Shown in pieces: positions 25,424 through 25,586 of a stretch of 25,586 nt of DNA (positions are counted from its first letter, which is position 1; each line of letters starts with the position of its first letter). The position numbers were made by a program, and so were the translations under genes. Source of the DNA: Phycisphaerae bacterium (lineage in GTDB: Bacteria; Planctomycetota; Phycisphaerae; SM23-33); contig JAFGJE010000147.1 of NCBI GenBank assembly GCA_016929245.1, positions 1 through 25,586 on the forward strand. The letters run 5' to 3'. The notes beneath the pieces are model-generated. The model made no database searches. It had not been told where the DNA came from and worked only from the letters and a program-made list of their open reading frames with translations.

Positions 25424-25483
25424 ACAGCGCCGAGCGGCAAGCCGAGTTGAAATCCGGCTTGCCGCTCGGCGTTGTTTCTTTTG
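25424..25483 (+). terminator. Rho-independent terminator of pfk (repeat family D, copy 2)
   Basis: acagcgccgagcggcaagccg - agttgaaat - cggcttgccgctcggcgttgt followed by ttcttttgg. The left arm is identical over 21 nt to 8459-8479. Confidence 0.85.
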
Positions 25484-25586
25484 GTTGCACACAATCATCA
25501 TGTGTGTGAGAATTTTTTCTGGCGCTCGGTTATTCTTTTGTTTACAGTGACTTGCAGTAGTTGTTGGTTACTCTTTTTAGGAGCAA

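Noticed and set aside
24124-25494. 456-aa minus-strand ORF antisense to pfk
   Set aside because: Antisense with no motifs. pfk carries complete PFK-A signatures.
1-25586. Possible CRISPR array given the many short repeats
   Set aside because: The repeats are single palindromic units scattered in separate intergenic regions. They are not regularly spaced direct repeats with unique spacers, and there are no cas genes.
1-25586. tRNA, rRNA or mobile-element genes (transposase, integrase)
   Set aside because: I inspected each intergenic region and found no cloverleaf-compatible GTTCRANYC T-arm plus acceptor pairing, no rRNA-like conserved blocks, and no ORF with DDE or tyrosine-recombinase features.

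Overview
This 25.6-kb window is high-GC (~62%) bacterial chromosomal DNA. I infer a PVC-superphylum / Planctomycetota-like source from a leaderless DUF1559 / H-X9-DG-like pseudopilin domain and the general gene style. I call 18 protein-coding genes in two strand blocks. The minus-strand block runs from 1 to 18704, interrupted by one plus-strand permease gene at 2924-4363. The plus-strand block runs from 18916 to 25395.

The genes are an HflK/HflC-like SPFH pair (the HflK-like protein has a large N-terminal polytopic domain), an orphan ABC-2 permease, a P1B heavy-metal ATPase without an N-terminal metal-binding domain, cardiolipin synthase, a 745-aa secreted protein with a C-terminal pseudopilin-like domain, a tight 3-gene membrane operon (zinc-ribbon membrane protein, zinc-ribbon-CPBP protease, small tail-anchored protein), RecG, a B12-binding radical SAM enzyme, a LysM protein, a LarE-family sulfur transferase, a secreted adenosine-deaminase-family protein, PepP, AccB-AccC and a phosphofructokinase.

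I found no rRNA, tRNA, CRISPR array, transposase or integrase.

The most unusual content is non-coding:
- At least four mosaic palindromic intergenic repeat families (A to D), each present twice or more in the window, several sharing the end motif CGCTCCGCTCAGGATGACA.
- Very long AT-looped terminator palindromes built from tandem sub-repeats.
- A ~160-bp extremely AT-rich island upstream of accB. The AccB protein carries a histone-H1-like Lys/Ala-rich N-terminal tail.
- Interleaved inverted repeats (ATCCGTG x5) in the accB-accC spacer with pseudoknot-like topology.

All long antisense ORFs in the six-frame track are rejected as GC-rich artefacts. Coordinates of non-coding elements are read by eye and may be off by 1-2 nt.
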